From an uncultured Deinococcales bacterium (lineage in GTDB: Bacteria; Deinococcota; Deinococci; Deinococcales; JAAFIG01), in NCBI GenBank assembly GCA_964244895.1, contig CAXTKV010000008.1, positions 9,072 through 53,185 of the forward strand: a DNA stretch of 44,114 nucleotides, in the 5' to 3' direction. Numbering within the stretch: position 1 is the first letter of the stretch; every line of letters begins with the position of its first letter. Under the pieces are notes generated by a model that ran no database searches, was not told the DNA's origin, and saw only the letters and a list, made by a program, of their open reading frames with translations. This document shows, in pieces, positions 1-9,659 of the stretch. A program made the position numbers and the translations under genes.

Positions 1-108
1 TGATCCCAAGACGCACCTCACGGGCGGGATCGCTTCTTGATCCCAAGACGCACCTCACGGGCGGGATCGCTTCTTGATCCCAGGACGCACCTCACGGGCG
101 GGATCGCT
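1..108. repeat. Tandem repeat, 37-bp unit, ~3 copies (may extend left of the window)
   Basis: Unit TGATCCCAAGACGCACCTCACGGGCGGGATCGCTTCT at 1-37 and 38-74, near-identical copy at 75-108; no spacers. Confidence 0.95.
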
Positions 109-110
109 CA

Positions 111-203
111 CGGGCTACTCGCGCTTCTTGCTCGAAAGACAGCACCTATCGGGCTACTCGCGCTTCTTGCTCGTGAAATAGCACCTAGCGGGCTACTCGC
201 GCT
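111..203. repeat. Tandem repeat, 39-bp unit, ~2.4 copies
   Basis: CGGGCTACTCGCGCTTCTTGCTCG..AGCACCTA(T/G) at 111-149 and 150-188, partial third copy from 189. Confidence 0.9.
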
Positions 204-267
204 CCAGCACGCGAATTTTTGATGCTCGAGAAACGCGTGCGGGACGGTGTTTCCCTCTAACTATCCC

Positions 268-1200
268 TCACCACGGGCAACCGAACTCCTCGCGCTGATC
301 GAAGATCACGTCCGGCGGGCCGGGCGTGATGTCCTCGGTGAAGCCGAAACCGCCGAAACCGATGCGCAAACTGATGGCGGGCGTGTTGATGCGGCTCGAG
401 ATCGGGAAGGGGTTGGTCACGAACGTGACTTCCAGGCGGAAGGCGCGCAGGAATCCGGGCAGGAATTCCCAGCGCGGTTCGTACCAGGCCAGCACGCCCA
501 AACTGGGTTGCAAGCGCGTTCCCTCGAAGACACCGCTCGCGCCTTCGAGCGGCAAGCTCAGGTTGGCGGTCGCGCCCCAGTTCCAGGCGTTGTAGCCGAC
601 GCTGCCGCCCGCCACGGGAATTCCAGCGCCCAGGAAGCGGCTGGAATCGCCCAGTGGAACCTGGAATTGCAGTTTGTAAAACCACGCGCCCAGCCCGTCG
701 GATGGGCTCGAGCCCGCGATCCACAGCACCGGGTCGCCCAGGCCGATGGTCGTGTCGGTGATCTGCTTGGCGGCTCCAGTCCCGAATTGGGCGTACAAGA
801 AGACCTGGTTTTGCTGGCTCGGCGAATTCCTTCCGACGCCCAACAGCGTGTGGAACGCATCCAGCGGTGCGTCCAGGATGCCGCCCCAGAGCGCTTTGAT
901 GGAAAATTGCGCGCCCGCTTCAAAAGTTTGATCCTCGAGTGCGCCCAACGATTGTCGCAGCGCGAACTCGAGCTGCCACTCTTCGAGGTTGATTTCGATC
1001 GCGCCCCAACTGCCGGATTCGCCCTGAAGGTTGTTGGCGATCAAAAAACGCGCGCCGAGGTTGCACGATCCCGCCATCGGTGTAAACGGGTAGAACGGCA
1101 GCTGGTACGGCGCGATCAACGGGTTGCCGTTCTCTCCTGCGCGGGCCGTACCGAACGCGAGCAGTGCGATCAACGCCAGGGTTTTGAGGGCAGAACGCAC
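268..1200 (-). CDS. Exported protein, DUF3187-like (probable outer-membrane beta-rich protein)
   Basis: 310 aa; signal peptide (KTLALIALLAFGTARA); WGGILDAPLDAFHTLLG resembles the DUF3187 GGxLDxxxxxFHxxxG segment; TAAACT -10 box 6 nt upstream. Confidence 0.55.
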   Translation of the reverse strand: MRSALKTLALIALLAFGTARAGENGNPLIAPYQLPFYPFTPMAGSCNLGARFLIANNLQGESGSWGAIEINLEEWQLEFALRQSLGALEDQTFEAGAQFSIKALWGGILDAPLDAFHTLLGVGRNSPSQQNQVFLYAQFGTGAAKQITDTTIGLGDPVLWIAGSSPSDGLGAWFYKLQFQVPLGDSSRFLGAGIPVAGGSVGYNAWNWGATANLSLPLEGASGVFEGTRLQPSLGVLAWYEPRWEFLPGFLRAFRLEVTFVTNPFPISSRINTPAISLRIGFGGFGFTEDITPGPPDVIFDQREEFGCPW

Positions 1201-1290
1201 GGCGAAAGTTTACCCTCGGGCGACACCTCACGTCTCGAAAGATCGCGTCTGGGCTCGAGAAGACCGTCGGGGACGGTGTAGACTTGGGTC

Positions 1291-1788
1291 ATGATCTCGC
1301 TTTCAGACCTGAACGCCTTGTCTGAACAGGATTTTGTGAAGTCGCTCGAGGCAATTTTCGAGCATTCGCCGTGGGTCGCGGTCGCGGTCGCACCCGCGCG
1401 CCCGTTCTCGAGCGTGCAAGTGCTGCACGCCGCGATGGTGCGGGCCGTTCAGGATTCGGGTCAGGCGGCGCAGCTCGAGCTGATCCGCGCGCACCCGGAT
1501 CTGGGTGCGCGGTTAAAAATGACGGATCAGAGCGTGTCTGAACAATCCGGCGTCGGGCTGGATCGGCTCTCGCCGGAACTCTTCGAGCGCTTTTCGAAGC
1601 TGAATAACGCGTACAGGTCGCGCTTCGGCTTTCCGTTCATCATTGCGGTGCGCAATCACACGCGCGCCAGCATTCTCGAGCAATTCGAGCAGCGTTTCAC
1701 AAACGATGCCGACCGGGAACGCGACACCGCGCTCCATCAGATCGCCGAGATCGCTCGGTTCCGCCTCGAGGATCTGATCGCTTCCTGA
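1291..1788 (+). CDS. uraD: OHCU decarboxylase
   Basis: IFEHSPWVA, LIRAHPDLG, SVSEQSGVGLD, YRSRFGFPFIIAVR, EIARFRL motifs. Confidence 0.93.
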   Translation: MISLSDLNALSEQDFVKSLEAIFEHSPWVAVAVAPARPFSSVQVLHAAMVRAVQDSGQAAQLELIRAHPDLGARLKMTDQSVSEQSGVGLDRLSPELFERFSKLNNAYRSRFGFPFIIAVRNHTRASILEQFEQRFTNDADRERDTALHQIAEIARFRLEDLIAS

Positions 1789-1886
1789 TTCAATAAACAC
1801 CGTCCGGGACGCAATTCTTTGAACGTGTGCCGGATGGTGTCCCGCATTTTATGCGCGTTTTCAGGGCGACCACGTAACCTGAAGGT

Positions 1887-4800
1887 GTGTCGGACAGCGC
1901 GAGTGAACCCTTGACCCAACGCGAGCCCGCAACCTCGAGCCTCGCGGCGTGGTGGAAACCCGTGGTTCTGCGGCGATCCGGCGCGGCTGTGGCCCTGTGG
2001 GGCGAGGCGGGCATCGGCAAGACCCATGCCGCGCGCTCGATGCTGCGCGAAATCTCGTGCCGCAGCTTCAGCCTTCACGCCGATGCGCCCCTGTCCGAGC
2101 TCGTGAGGGCGCTGCCCAGACCCAAGCGCCTGCCCGTCTGGGCCGAAAGCAACCTGGAACGCCTGGAACGCGACGAACACCTGGATGCCACGGATGCCGC
2201 CGATGCGCTGGCCGCCGTGCTGGTCGGGATTGCGCCCGTGGTCTTGCACATCGAGGACATTCACGAAGCAAACATTGGGCGCACCGAACTCTGGGCGACG
2301 CTGGCCGGAATCGCGCTGCGAACGCGCGGCCTGGGCGTGCTGACCACCAGCCGCGCCGAACCGCTACCACCTTTTTGTCCCGTGCGCCTCGAGCCGATGT
2401 CTCGCGCCCTGAGCGACACCCTGATCGAGGCCGAAGCCAGAGCGGATATCCCGAATCAAGCGCTCGAATGGATTCACGACCGCGCCGCCGGGAACCCGTT
2501 GTTCGCGCTGGAATACTTCCGTTTTCTGGCGCGCATGGGGCAACTCTGGAGCGACACCAGGCGCTGGCACTGGCGCGCGCCCGAAGGCAAGCTGGTGCCC
2601 GTCACGGTCGAAGCGCTGATCGAATCCGTGATCTCGAGGGTTGCGGACGCGCCCCAACTGACCGGTGCGCTCGAGGCGAAAGCGATTCTGCCGCCCGGCG
2701 CATCCGAGACGCTCTGGGCGACCGTGGCCGGACTGGAACCCGAAGAATTGACGGGTGTTCGGGATCAGCTCGAGGAGCGCGGCTTGCTGGTTCGCGGCGA
2801 ATTCGCGCACCCGTTGTACCGCGAGGTGATCTCGCGCAACCTCGACCCGAACGGGCGCACGAACCTTTCCCGGCGCGCCTTCCGGGGACTCGAGCCGGAG
2901 AACCCTCGGTCTGCGGCAGCGTTCGTGGGTGACGCGAAGCTCGAGCCCGAAGAAGCCCTGCGGTTCCTCGAACGCGCCGCACAAACAGCCCGCGATTCCG
3001 GCGATGCGATCCAGGCGGCCCAGTTTCTGGCCCAGGCCGTGGATGTTGCTCGAGGCGAAACCAAGGGACGGCTGGCGCTCGAGGCGGCCAAAGGACTTCG
3101 CAGCGTCTACTCCGCCGAAGCGGTGCGCCTGGCGGAACTGGCCGTGAACCACCTGACCGACAACACCGAGGCGATCTTTGAACTGGCCGAACTGCACGTC
3201 ACGGAACAGCGCATGGACGACGCGACCCGCGCGCTCGAGCGCTTATCCGCCAGCGAACGCGACGGCGAGCGTTGGTGGGCCAGGCAGATCTTCGTCAAAT
3301 CCTGGGCCGCAAACCCCAGCCAGGCCATCGAACTCTGGGAAGCGCACCCCGAATGGCACGAGCGCGCCGATGCGAACCTGATGTACCGCATCGCGTGGGT
3401 CTTGCCGCAGGATCGCAACGCTGAGCGCGCGGCGCTGGCCGAAAAAACGCTCGAACGGCCCGACCTGAGCGCCCTGGATCGGGCCAAACTGCTCTCGGTG
3501 ATCGCGACCGTGGCGTACGCGGAGTTCCGTCCCGCGCAATCCGCCGAGGTGTACACCGAGGTGATCCGACTGGCCCGAGAGGCCAAAAACCGTTCCGGCG
3601 AAGCGGCCATGCTGGGCAACCGCGCGAACGCGCTCTTTGACCTGGATCGGTACGCCGATTCGAGGGCCGACCTGGAGGCGTCCATGCGCCTTCACGCCGA
3701 GAGCGGCAGTCGGCTGGGCGTGTCTTTTGCGCAGCAGGATCTGGCTGACCTTCTGATCGACTTTGGCGATTACGAACCCGCCGAGGAGCTGCTCCTCGAG
3801 GCGCTCGAGGTGATGCAGCGCGTGGACGCCTCCGAGTTCCTGGTGGACGCCCACGTCAAGCTCTGCAAGCTGTACCTCGCGTGGCAACCAGCCCACGGTG
3901 CGATCATGGCGCTCAAGCACGCGCAAGCCGCGTTGCGCATCGGTCAGGGACTCGGGTTGCCGCGCGCGATCCGCAAGGGTTTGGTGGGCCTCTCGACGGC
4001 CTTGAACGCCAACGGTGATCACGCTCGAGCCCTGGATTGCGCGGATCGGGCCATCGCGCTTTCGGAGGCGAGCGGTTTCAGGAATTCGGTCAGCGCCCAG
4101 GCGGAACGCGCGACCGCGCTCGAGGGTCTGGGTCAGCGCGGCGAAGCCCTCGAATCGTTCCGCCGGCTCGAGCGTGTGGCTCGCGATCAGGAACCTCAAA
4201 AAACCCTCCACGAGATCGGGCTCGAGATCGACCGCCTGACCGACGATGCCCGAAGCGCCCGCGAACGCCTGGAATGGTTCCTGGAGCGCGGCCTGAAGCG
4301 CGACGCGAACCTGGTGCGGCGGTATTTCCCGATGCTTGAAACTGGCGAACCGCGACCCAGCGCCCCGACCCAATCCGAATCCGCCGCCAGAATTGAACTG
4401 CTCGGCTCCGCGCAGATGCTGGTCAACGATCAACCCGTCTCCGGTCGCGGCGCAAAACGCCTGGAGCTTCTGGCCGTGCTGCTCGAGGCCAGAATCCGGG
4501 GTCGCGCGGAAGTTCCTCAACTCGAGTTGTGCGACGCGCTCTACCCGGATACGCCCGAACCTCAGGCCGTGCAATCCCTCAAAAAGATCGTTCAGCTCGT
4601 GCGCGGCAGTCTGGGCAAGGGCGCGATTCTGACCACCAGCACCGGGTACGCCCTGGGCGAGATCGCGTCCGATGTCGAAGCCTTCCTGCGGACGGGTGAC
4701 ACGCGGCTCTGGCGCGGCGCGTACCTGGATGGCGTGAACCTCTCGCGCGATGACGAAACCGTCCGGGATGCGCTCTACGATGCGCTCCGCGCGAAAACGC

Positions 4801-5030
4801 AGGCGCTCGTGAGCGCCGATCCGAAAGAAGCCGCCCGCACCGCACGGTTGCTGCTGGATGCCGAACCCTACGACCGCGCGTGCCTGGAGCTGGCCGTTCG
4901 CGCCTTACGCGCCAGCGACAACCACCGTTCGCTGACCCGGCTGTACGACGAAGCCCGCGCCCGCTTCCAGGACATCGGTGAAGCGCTGCCCGAACGCTGG
5001 CGGGATCTGCTCGAGCCGCAAGTCGTGTAA
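1887..5030 (+). CDS. Large STAND-type ATPase-TPR transcriptional regulator with C-terminal wHTH/BTAD-like region
   Basis: 1047 aa; Walker A GEAGIGKT, Walker B LHIEDIH, GNPLF motif, helical TPR-like middle; C-terminal RIELLG...LELLAVLL...LYPD...GYAL...SDVEAFL...LWRGAYLDG typical of SARP/BTAD. Confidence 0.8.
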   Translation: MSDSASEPLTQREPATSSLAAWWKPVVLRRSGAAVALWGEAGIGKTHAARSMLREISCRSFSLHADAPLSELVRALPRPKRLPVWAESNLERLERDEHLDATDAADALAAVLVGIAPVVLHIEDIHEANIGRTELWATLAGIALRTRGLGVLTTSRAEPLPPFCPVRLEPMSRALSDTLIEAEARADIPNQALEWIHDRAAGNPLFALEYFRFLARMGQLWSDTRRWHWRAPEGKLVPVTVEALIESVISRVADAPQLTGALEAKAILPPGASETLWATVAGLEPEELTGVRDQLEERGLLVRGEFAHPLYREVISRNLDPNGRTNLSRRAFRGLEPENPRSAAAFVGDAKLEPEEALRFLERAAQTARDSGDAIQAAQFLAQAVDVARGETKGRLALEAAKGLRSVYSAEAVRLAELAVNHLTDNTEAIFELAELHVTEQRMDDATRALERLSASERDGERWWARQIFVKSWAANPSQAIELWEAHPEWHERADANLMYRIAWVLPQDRNAERAALAEKTLERPDLSALDRAKLLSVIATVAYAEFRPAQSAEVYTEVIRLAREAKNRSGEAAMLGNRANALFDLDRYADSRADLEASMRLHAESGSRLGVSFAQQDLADLLIDFGDYEPAEELLLEALEVMQRVDASEFLVDAHVKLCKLYLAWQPAHGAIMALKHAQAALRIGQGLGLPRAIRKGLVGLSTALNANGDHARALDCADRAIALSEASGFRNSVSAQAERATALEGLGQRGEALESFRRLERVARDQEPQKTLHEIGLEIDRLTDDARSARERLEWFLERGLKRDANLVRRYFPMLETGEPRPSAPTQSESAARIELLGSAQMLVNDQPVSGRGAKRLELLAVLLEARIRGRAEVPQLELCDALYPDTPEPQAVQSLKKIVQLVRGSLGKGAILTTSTGYALGEIASDVEAFLRTGDTRLWRGAYLDGVNLSRDDETVRDALYDALRAKTQALVSADPKEAARTARLLLDAEPYDRACLELAVRALRASDNHRSLTRLYDEARARFQDIGEALPERWRDLLEPQVV

Positions 5031-5070
5031 TACAGAAACACCGTCTGGGACGTATTTTTTGCGCATCTCG

Positions 5071-5095
5071 AGAACACCGTCCTGGACGGTGTTCT
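5071..5095. repeat. Compact palindromic copy of the dispersed ACACCGTCC repeat; possible terminator
   Basis: AGAACACCGTCC-T-GGACGGTGTTCT perfect inverted repeat followed by a T-run. Confidence 0.85.
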
Positions 5096-5190
5096 TTTTT
5101 GGCCACCCAGATTCCGGCAAAAACCCGGCGAACGTTCACCGCCGCGTCACCGGCCCCCCGGCAGGATGCGCGGTGAAAGGAGGCCACGTC

Positions 5191-5439
5191 GTGCCCGACG
5201 ATTTCATCCACTCGACCGAACCCGCCGCGTACCGCCTCTGCCCGCGCTGCTTCCGGGCCGTGCCCGCGCGATCCAACGAGCGCTACTGCGTCAACGACGG
5301 CTCGTGGCTGATTGAGCGCTGCCCCATCTGCGAGGCGCGCATCACGTCACCCTACGCGCGCTTCTGCGCGCAGTGCGGGCTCGAGTTCGCCACGCTGGCC
5401 GGAAATCACGCCCAGGATTCACGCGAAGGAGTGAGCTGA
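5191..5439 (+). CDS. Small double zinc-ribbon protein
   Basis: GTG after AAAGGAGG; CPRC...CVND...CPIC...CAQC; stop overlaps the next start (TGATG). Confidence 0.8.
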   Translation: MPDDFIHSTEPAAYRLCPRCFRAVPARSNERYCVNDGSWLIERCPICEARITSPYARFCAQCGLEFATLAGNHAQDSREGVS

Positions 5440-5975
5440 TGAAAACACCATTGATCCCAATCTTGATCGTGCTGGTCGGCGCGCTGAGCGCCTGCCCGAA
5501 CACGACTGCGCCGACCACCTGCCCGGACGGAACGGTCTGCTTCACGAACCTCTCCAGCGATGCGCCCGCCAGTCAGCTTCAGAATTTCAAGCCCGTCACG
5601 AACGGCGTCGGTTACGAGTCCGGTCAGCAGCGGTTGTTCCTGGGACTCGAGAATTTTCCTTCCGGCCTGAACGCGCTGCCCGCCGGTGCGCAAAGTTTCG
5701 TGGTCGGCATCGTCGGTGCGACTGCACCCAAAGCGGGCGATGCGATCGCGCTGTCGCAGGTTCCCAACGTCAGCGGCATCGAATACAACTACTACACGGG
5801 CAGCGCAATCGTGCTGTGGGTCGTCAGCGCGGGCACGCTGACGATCGATTCGGTCAACGGCGGCCAGATCGCGTATCACCTGACGGCCAACATGCACCCC
5901 GGCACGAGCGGGCTCTCGGGCAAGGGGACGTTCACGCTGCAATTCAGCGGCACGGGAACCTACGGCGCGAACTGA
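5439..5975 (+). CDS. Hypothetical lipoprotein
   Basis: MKTPLIPILIVLVGALSAC lipobox; beta-rich mature part. Confidence 0.8.
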   Translation: MKTPLIPILIVLVGALSACPNTTAPTTCPDGTVCFTNLSSDAPASQLQNFKPVTNGVGYESGQQRLFLGLENFPSGLNALPAGAQSFVVGIVGATAPKAGDAIALSQVPNVSGIEYNYYTGSAIVLWVVSAGTLTIDSVNGGQIAYHLTANMHPGTSGLSGKGTFTLQFSGTGTYGAN

Positions 5976-6040
5976 AACGGTCACCACGCCGCGACGCAAT
6001 CTCCAGAACACGGCCTCAGATCCATCAGAAGGAGACACCT

Positions 6041-8104
6041 GTGAAAAAATCTTGGTTCGCCATCGTGCCCCTGCTCGCGGTCGCCCTGAGCGCCTGCCCG
6101 ACCCAACCGGCCCCGCAAAGCGTGGTGATCGCGCCCGCCACGGGCTTGACGCTGCCCGTCGGTGCGGGACAGTTGCTGTACGCGACCGTCACCAACTCGA
6201 GCGGCAATACCGTCCAACAGGCCGTGAGCTGGGCCTCGAGCGATTCCAGCAAGGCGAGCGTCGGTGCGGACGGCACGATTATCGGATTGGCGCTGGGCGA
6301 GACGAACATCACCGCCAGCGCGGGCGGCGTCACCAGCGCACCCGTCAAGGTCACGGTCGGCAAACTGACCAAGGGGGTCGTGACGCTCGCCGCGCCGACG
6401 GTGCAAGACCCGACCGCGACCGTGCAACTGCCGGTCGTGGTGTACAAGGATTACGCCCTCTACCAGGGTGACGTGATCTTTGCGCTCAAGAACGTGCAAG
6501 TGGCGTCATCGGGTGGTTGGACATCCCTGAAGCCGCAAGCCAACATCCAGCCCGCAGATCGCGGCAAGCTCTGGGCAAACAGGACCGTCCCGTATTATCT
6601 CGATCCTGGTTTGCCGAAAGAAATCAGGGATCATGTGGTGCAGGCCGCCGCCGTGTTCAACGACAAGGCCGGGATGACCCTGCAACCGCTCTCGAGCCCC
6701 GGCGGGGATTACGTCTACATCTCGAGGGCGGACGCGGGCAAGCCGATCTGCGGTGATTCTTACGTGGGTCGCCAGGGTGGACGCCAGGATCTTCACTTCC
6801 AGGTCGGTTGCCCGTTGCGCACGTACCTGCACGAGTTCGGTCACGCGTTGGGCTTGTGGCACGAGCAATCCCGCAACGACCGCGACGCGTACATCGCGGT
6901 GCAGTATGACAACATCGTCAGCGATTACACCGACCAGTACGATAAATCCAGCGGTGACGGCGCGGGGTACGGCACCTACGATTACGGCTCGGTGATGCAC
7001 TACTCCGTCTACAACGGCGTCTCGAAGATGAGCGGCGGCAAGCCGTTGCCGACCTTCACGGTCAATCGCGCCTTCGATTCCGCCAGTGAAGTCACCAGCG
7101 CCAACCAGATCGGCAACCGCGACGCGCTGAGCGGCGGCGACCTGAAAGCCCTGTCGTTCCTGTACGGCAACATCGCGCCCGCAATTGCGTTGGTGCAACC
7201 CAAAGGAACCGTCAACCTCGAGATCGGTCACCCGTTCGGCATCGATCTCGAGGCGACCGTCAGCGATGTCGAGGACGGCAACGCTTGCTGCAAGGTGACG
7301 TGGTACGCCTGGAAAGAGGGCACGATCGGTACGACCACGGGGGCCGATTCGAAGATCAATTACCAGTTCAAAACGCTCGGGTCGCAGCTCGTGACGGCCA
7401 CCGTCGAGGACAGCAAAGGTGCGACCGACCGGGTCAACTTCGCGGTGAACGTCACGCACGCCAAGCCGGACGCGGGCATCTCGAACCCGACGCCCGCCGC
7501 GACCGTCTACCGCAACCTGCCGTTTCAATTGATCAAGCTCGCCAACAGCGGGCAGGACGCCCCGTGGGACGTCAAATGCACCTGGACGATTCCCGGATTG
7601 AGCCCGAATCCGACGGGTTGCGCGACCAGCGTGCTGCTGGGAAATGGCTTTCCAAAAGGATCGTTGAGCATCACCCTGAACGTCACCGACAAGTACGGCG
7701 GTACGAATTCGAGCGCCCTCAACGTCAACGTGGACGAACTCGCCACGCTCGGCGCGAGCATCGTGACGCCCGCCAACAACGGTTCCGGAAGCGTCAACGC
7801 GGGCGATGCGGTCACGCTCGAGAAGGCCGTGATCAACGGTGTCGCACCGATCTCGCGGGTCTGGACGTGGCAACCGACCAAGCAGGGTTGCGCCGTGCAA
7901 ACCGTGACGGTTCATCCCGCCGTGGTGATCCAGCCGGGAACGAGTCCGGACGGATACTGGGATCTGAACGATCAACTCAGCGTTGCACCGCTCGGTTGCG
8001 GTTGGGGCGATGGCGTGCTGACCGTGACCATCACCGACAAGAACGGCCAGACGACCAGCGCTTCAATCAACTTCCGAGTGGACTACGCTCCGCCGCCCAA
8101 CTGA
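6041..8104 (+). CDS. Lipoprotein: Ig-like (Big_2) + astacin/M12A zinc metallopeptidase + PKD/Ig-like repeats
   Basis: GTG after AAGGAG; lipobox LSAC; VSWASSDSSKASV (Big_2); HEFGHALGLWHEQSRNDRD zinc motif; YDYGSVMHY Met-turn. Confidence 0.9.
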   Translation: MKKSWFAIVPLLAVALSACPTQPAPQSVVIAPATGLTLPVGAGQLLYATVTNSSGNTVQQAVSWASSDSSKASVGADGTIIGLALGETNITASAGGVTSAPVKVTVGKLTKGVVTLAAPTVQDPTATVQLPVVVYKDYALYQGDVIFALKNVQVASSGGWTSLKPQANIQPADRGKLWANRTVPYYLDPGLPKEIRDHVVQAAAVFNDKAGMTLQPLSSPGGDYVYISRADAGKPICGDSYVGRQGGRQDLHFQVGCPLRTYLHEFGHALGLWHEQSRNDRDAYIAVQYDNIVSDYTDQYDKSSGDGAGYGTYDYGSVMHYSVYNGVSKMSGGKPLPTFTVNRAFDSASEVTSANQIGNRDALSGGDLKALSFLYGNIAPAIALVQPKGTVNLEIGHPFGIDLEATVSDVEDGNACCKVTWYAWKEGTIGTTTGADSKINYQFKTLGSQLVTATVEDSKGATDRVNFAVNVTHAKPDAGISNPTPAATVYRNLPFQLIKLANSGQDAPWDVKCTWTIPGLSPNPTGCATSVLLGNGFPKGSLSITLNVTDKYGGTNSSALNVNVDELATLGASIVTPANNGSGSVNAGDAVTLEKAVINGVAPISRVWTWQPTKQGCAVQTVTVHPAVVIQPGTSPDGYWDLNDQLSVAPLGCGWGDGVLTVTITDKNGQTTSASINFRVDYAPPPN

Positions 8105-8128
8105 TCGTCACTGACAGCCCTGCCCTCG

Positions 8129-8177
8129 AGAACACCGTCCAGCACGCGTTTTAAAAACGCGTGCTGGACGGTGTTCT
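8129..8177. repeat. Paired inverted copy of the dispersed repeat between convergent genes (possible bidirectional terminator)
   Basis: 24-bp perfect inverted repeat AGAACACCGTCCAGCACGCGTTTT-A-AAAACGCGTGCTGGACGGTGTTCT. Confidence 0.9.
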
Positions 8178-8183
8178 TTGGGG

Positions 8184-9659
8184 TCACGCCTTCAATTTCG
8201 GCGCGCGGCGAGCCTTCGTGGCCTGCTCGAAGGCGAAGCCCAGACGGATCAGCGCGCCCTCATCCCAGGCGCGCCCGAGGAAGGTCACGCCGACCGGACG
8301 GCCCGCCTCGGATGCCGTGGCGGTCGTGAATCCTGCGGGCACGATCAGGCTCGGGTAGCCCGCCTTGGCGCTGATGATGCACCCCCAGAAGCTCGGCGTG
8401 ATGATCGCATCCAGACGGTGTTTCTCGATGGTCGCGTCGATCCCTTCCGCGCGCGAAAGGCGCAGGTCGAGCTCGCGCGTGTAACGGTACGTTTCCGCGC
8501 GCGTGCCGCCCGCCGCGAGCGCCGCCAGCATCAGCGTCTGACCGTAGCGCAGCATCGTCTCGGGTCTGGCCTCGTTGTAGCGCACCAGGTCGCGCAGGTT
8601 TCGGATCGGCGTCTCGAGCCTGGACTGGTTCACGCCGCGCAGGTACGCGTTCAGGTCGCGGCGGAATTCGTAGAACAGCACTTCCGGGTGCAGGTCGCCC
8701 AGGGCTTGCATGGTCGGGATGTCGGCCTCGATGATCTTCGCGCCCGCGTCGCGCATGGCCTGTAGGGCAGCCTCGAAGACCTGGCGTTCTGCGGCTGAAA
8801 TTTTGTCCATGAACCACGCCCGCGGCGCGCCCAGCCGCGCGCCGCGCAGACCGTTGGCGTCCAGAAAAGCCGCGTAATCCGTGGCGCGTCTGGCCGATGC
8901 TCGAGTGGCGCGATCCCGCGCGTCCACGCCCGTCATGGCGCTCAGTAGAGCCGCCGCGTCGGACACGCTGCGCGCCATCGGGCCCGCCGTGTCCTGGCTG
9001 GCGGAAATCGGAATGATTCCTGACCTGGACACCAGCCCGACGGTCGGTTTCAAGCCCACGATGCCGCTCTGGTTGGCTGGGTTGAGGATGCTGCCGGAGG
9101 TTTCCGTGCCGACCGCGACCGCGCAGAATCCCGCCGAGACCGCCACGCCCGACCCGGCGCTCGAGCCGCCCGGTGCGAGCCTGGCATCGTAGGGGTTGAT
9201 GACCTGCCCGCCCCGAGACGAGTACCCGGACGGCATGGCGCGCGCCATGAAGTTCGCCCATTCGGTCATGTTGGCCTTGCCCAGGATCACCGCGCCCGCC
9301 GCGCGCAGGCGTTCGATCAAAAACGCGTCCCGCGATGCCACGTTTCCCGCCAGCGCCAGCGATCCGGCGCTGGTGTGCAGTCTGTCCGCCGTGTCGATGT
9401 TGTCCTTGACCAGCACTGGGATACCGTGCAGCGGACCTCTGAGGCCTTTTCCGGTGCGCTCGAGATCCAGCCGATCCGCGATTTTTCCGGCGTCCGGATT
9501 GACTTCCAGCACGCTGTTGAGCCGCGGGTCGTACTTCTGGATGCGATCCAGGTAGAAATCCACCAGCCCTCGAGCCGTGATCTTGCCCGCGCCGATCGCG
9601 CTCTGAAGCTGACTGATGCTCGCGGTCGCTGGATCGAGTCTGTATGGTGTGCGCGCCAT
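8184..9659 (-). CDS. Amidase (amidase-signature family)
   Basis: GPLHGIPVLVKDNIDT, GKANMTEWANF, GGSSAGS, GTETSGSI, GLKPTVGLVSRSGIIP. Confidence 0.93.
   Translation of the reverse strand: MARTPYRLDPATASISQLQSAIGAGKITARGLVDFYLDRIQKYDPRLNSVLEVNPDAGKIADRLDLERTGKGLRGPLHGIPVLVKDNIDTADRLHTSAGSLALAGNVASRDAFLIERLRAAGAVILGKANMTEWANFMARAMPSGYSSRGGQVINPYDARLAPGGSSAGSGVAVSAGFCAVAVGTETSGSILNPANQSGIVGLKPTVGLVSRSGIIPISASQDTAGPMARSVSDAAALLSAMTGVDARDRATRASARRATDYAAFLDANGLRGARLGAPRAWFMDKISAAERQVFEAALQAMRDAGAKIIEADIPTMQALGDLHPEVLFYEFRRDLNAYLRGVNQSRLETPIRNLRDLVRYNEARPETMLRYGQTLMLAALAAGGTRAETYRYTRELDLRLSRAEGIDATIEKHRLDAIITPSFWGCIISAKAGYPSLIVPAGFTTATASEAGRPVGVTFLGRAWDEGALIRLGFAFEQATKARRAPKLKA

Noticed and set aside
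1..203. CRISPR array
   Set aside because: Units are head-to-tail with no unique spacers, and no cas genes are in the window
37..222. 61-aa ORF
   Set aside because: It is only the translation of the tandem repeats and has no RBS or -10 signature
1291..1788. Purine catabolism cluster
   Set aside because: Only uraD is present; no uricase, HIU hydrolase or allantoinase recognised in the window
1887..5030. Avs/NLR-like antiphage STAND protein
   Set aside because: No N-terminal effector (nuclease, TIR, SIR2); the C-terminus looks like a transcriptional activator module and the gene has host-like composition
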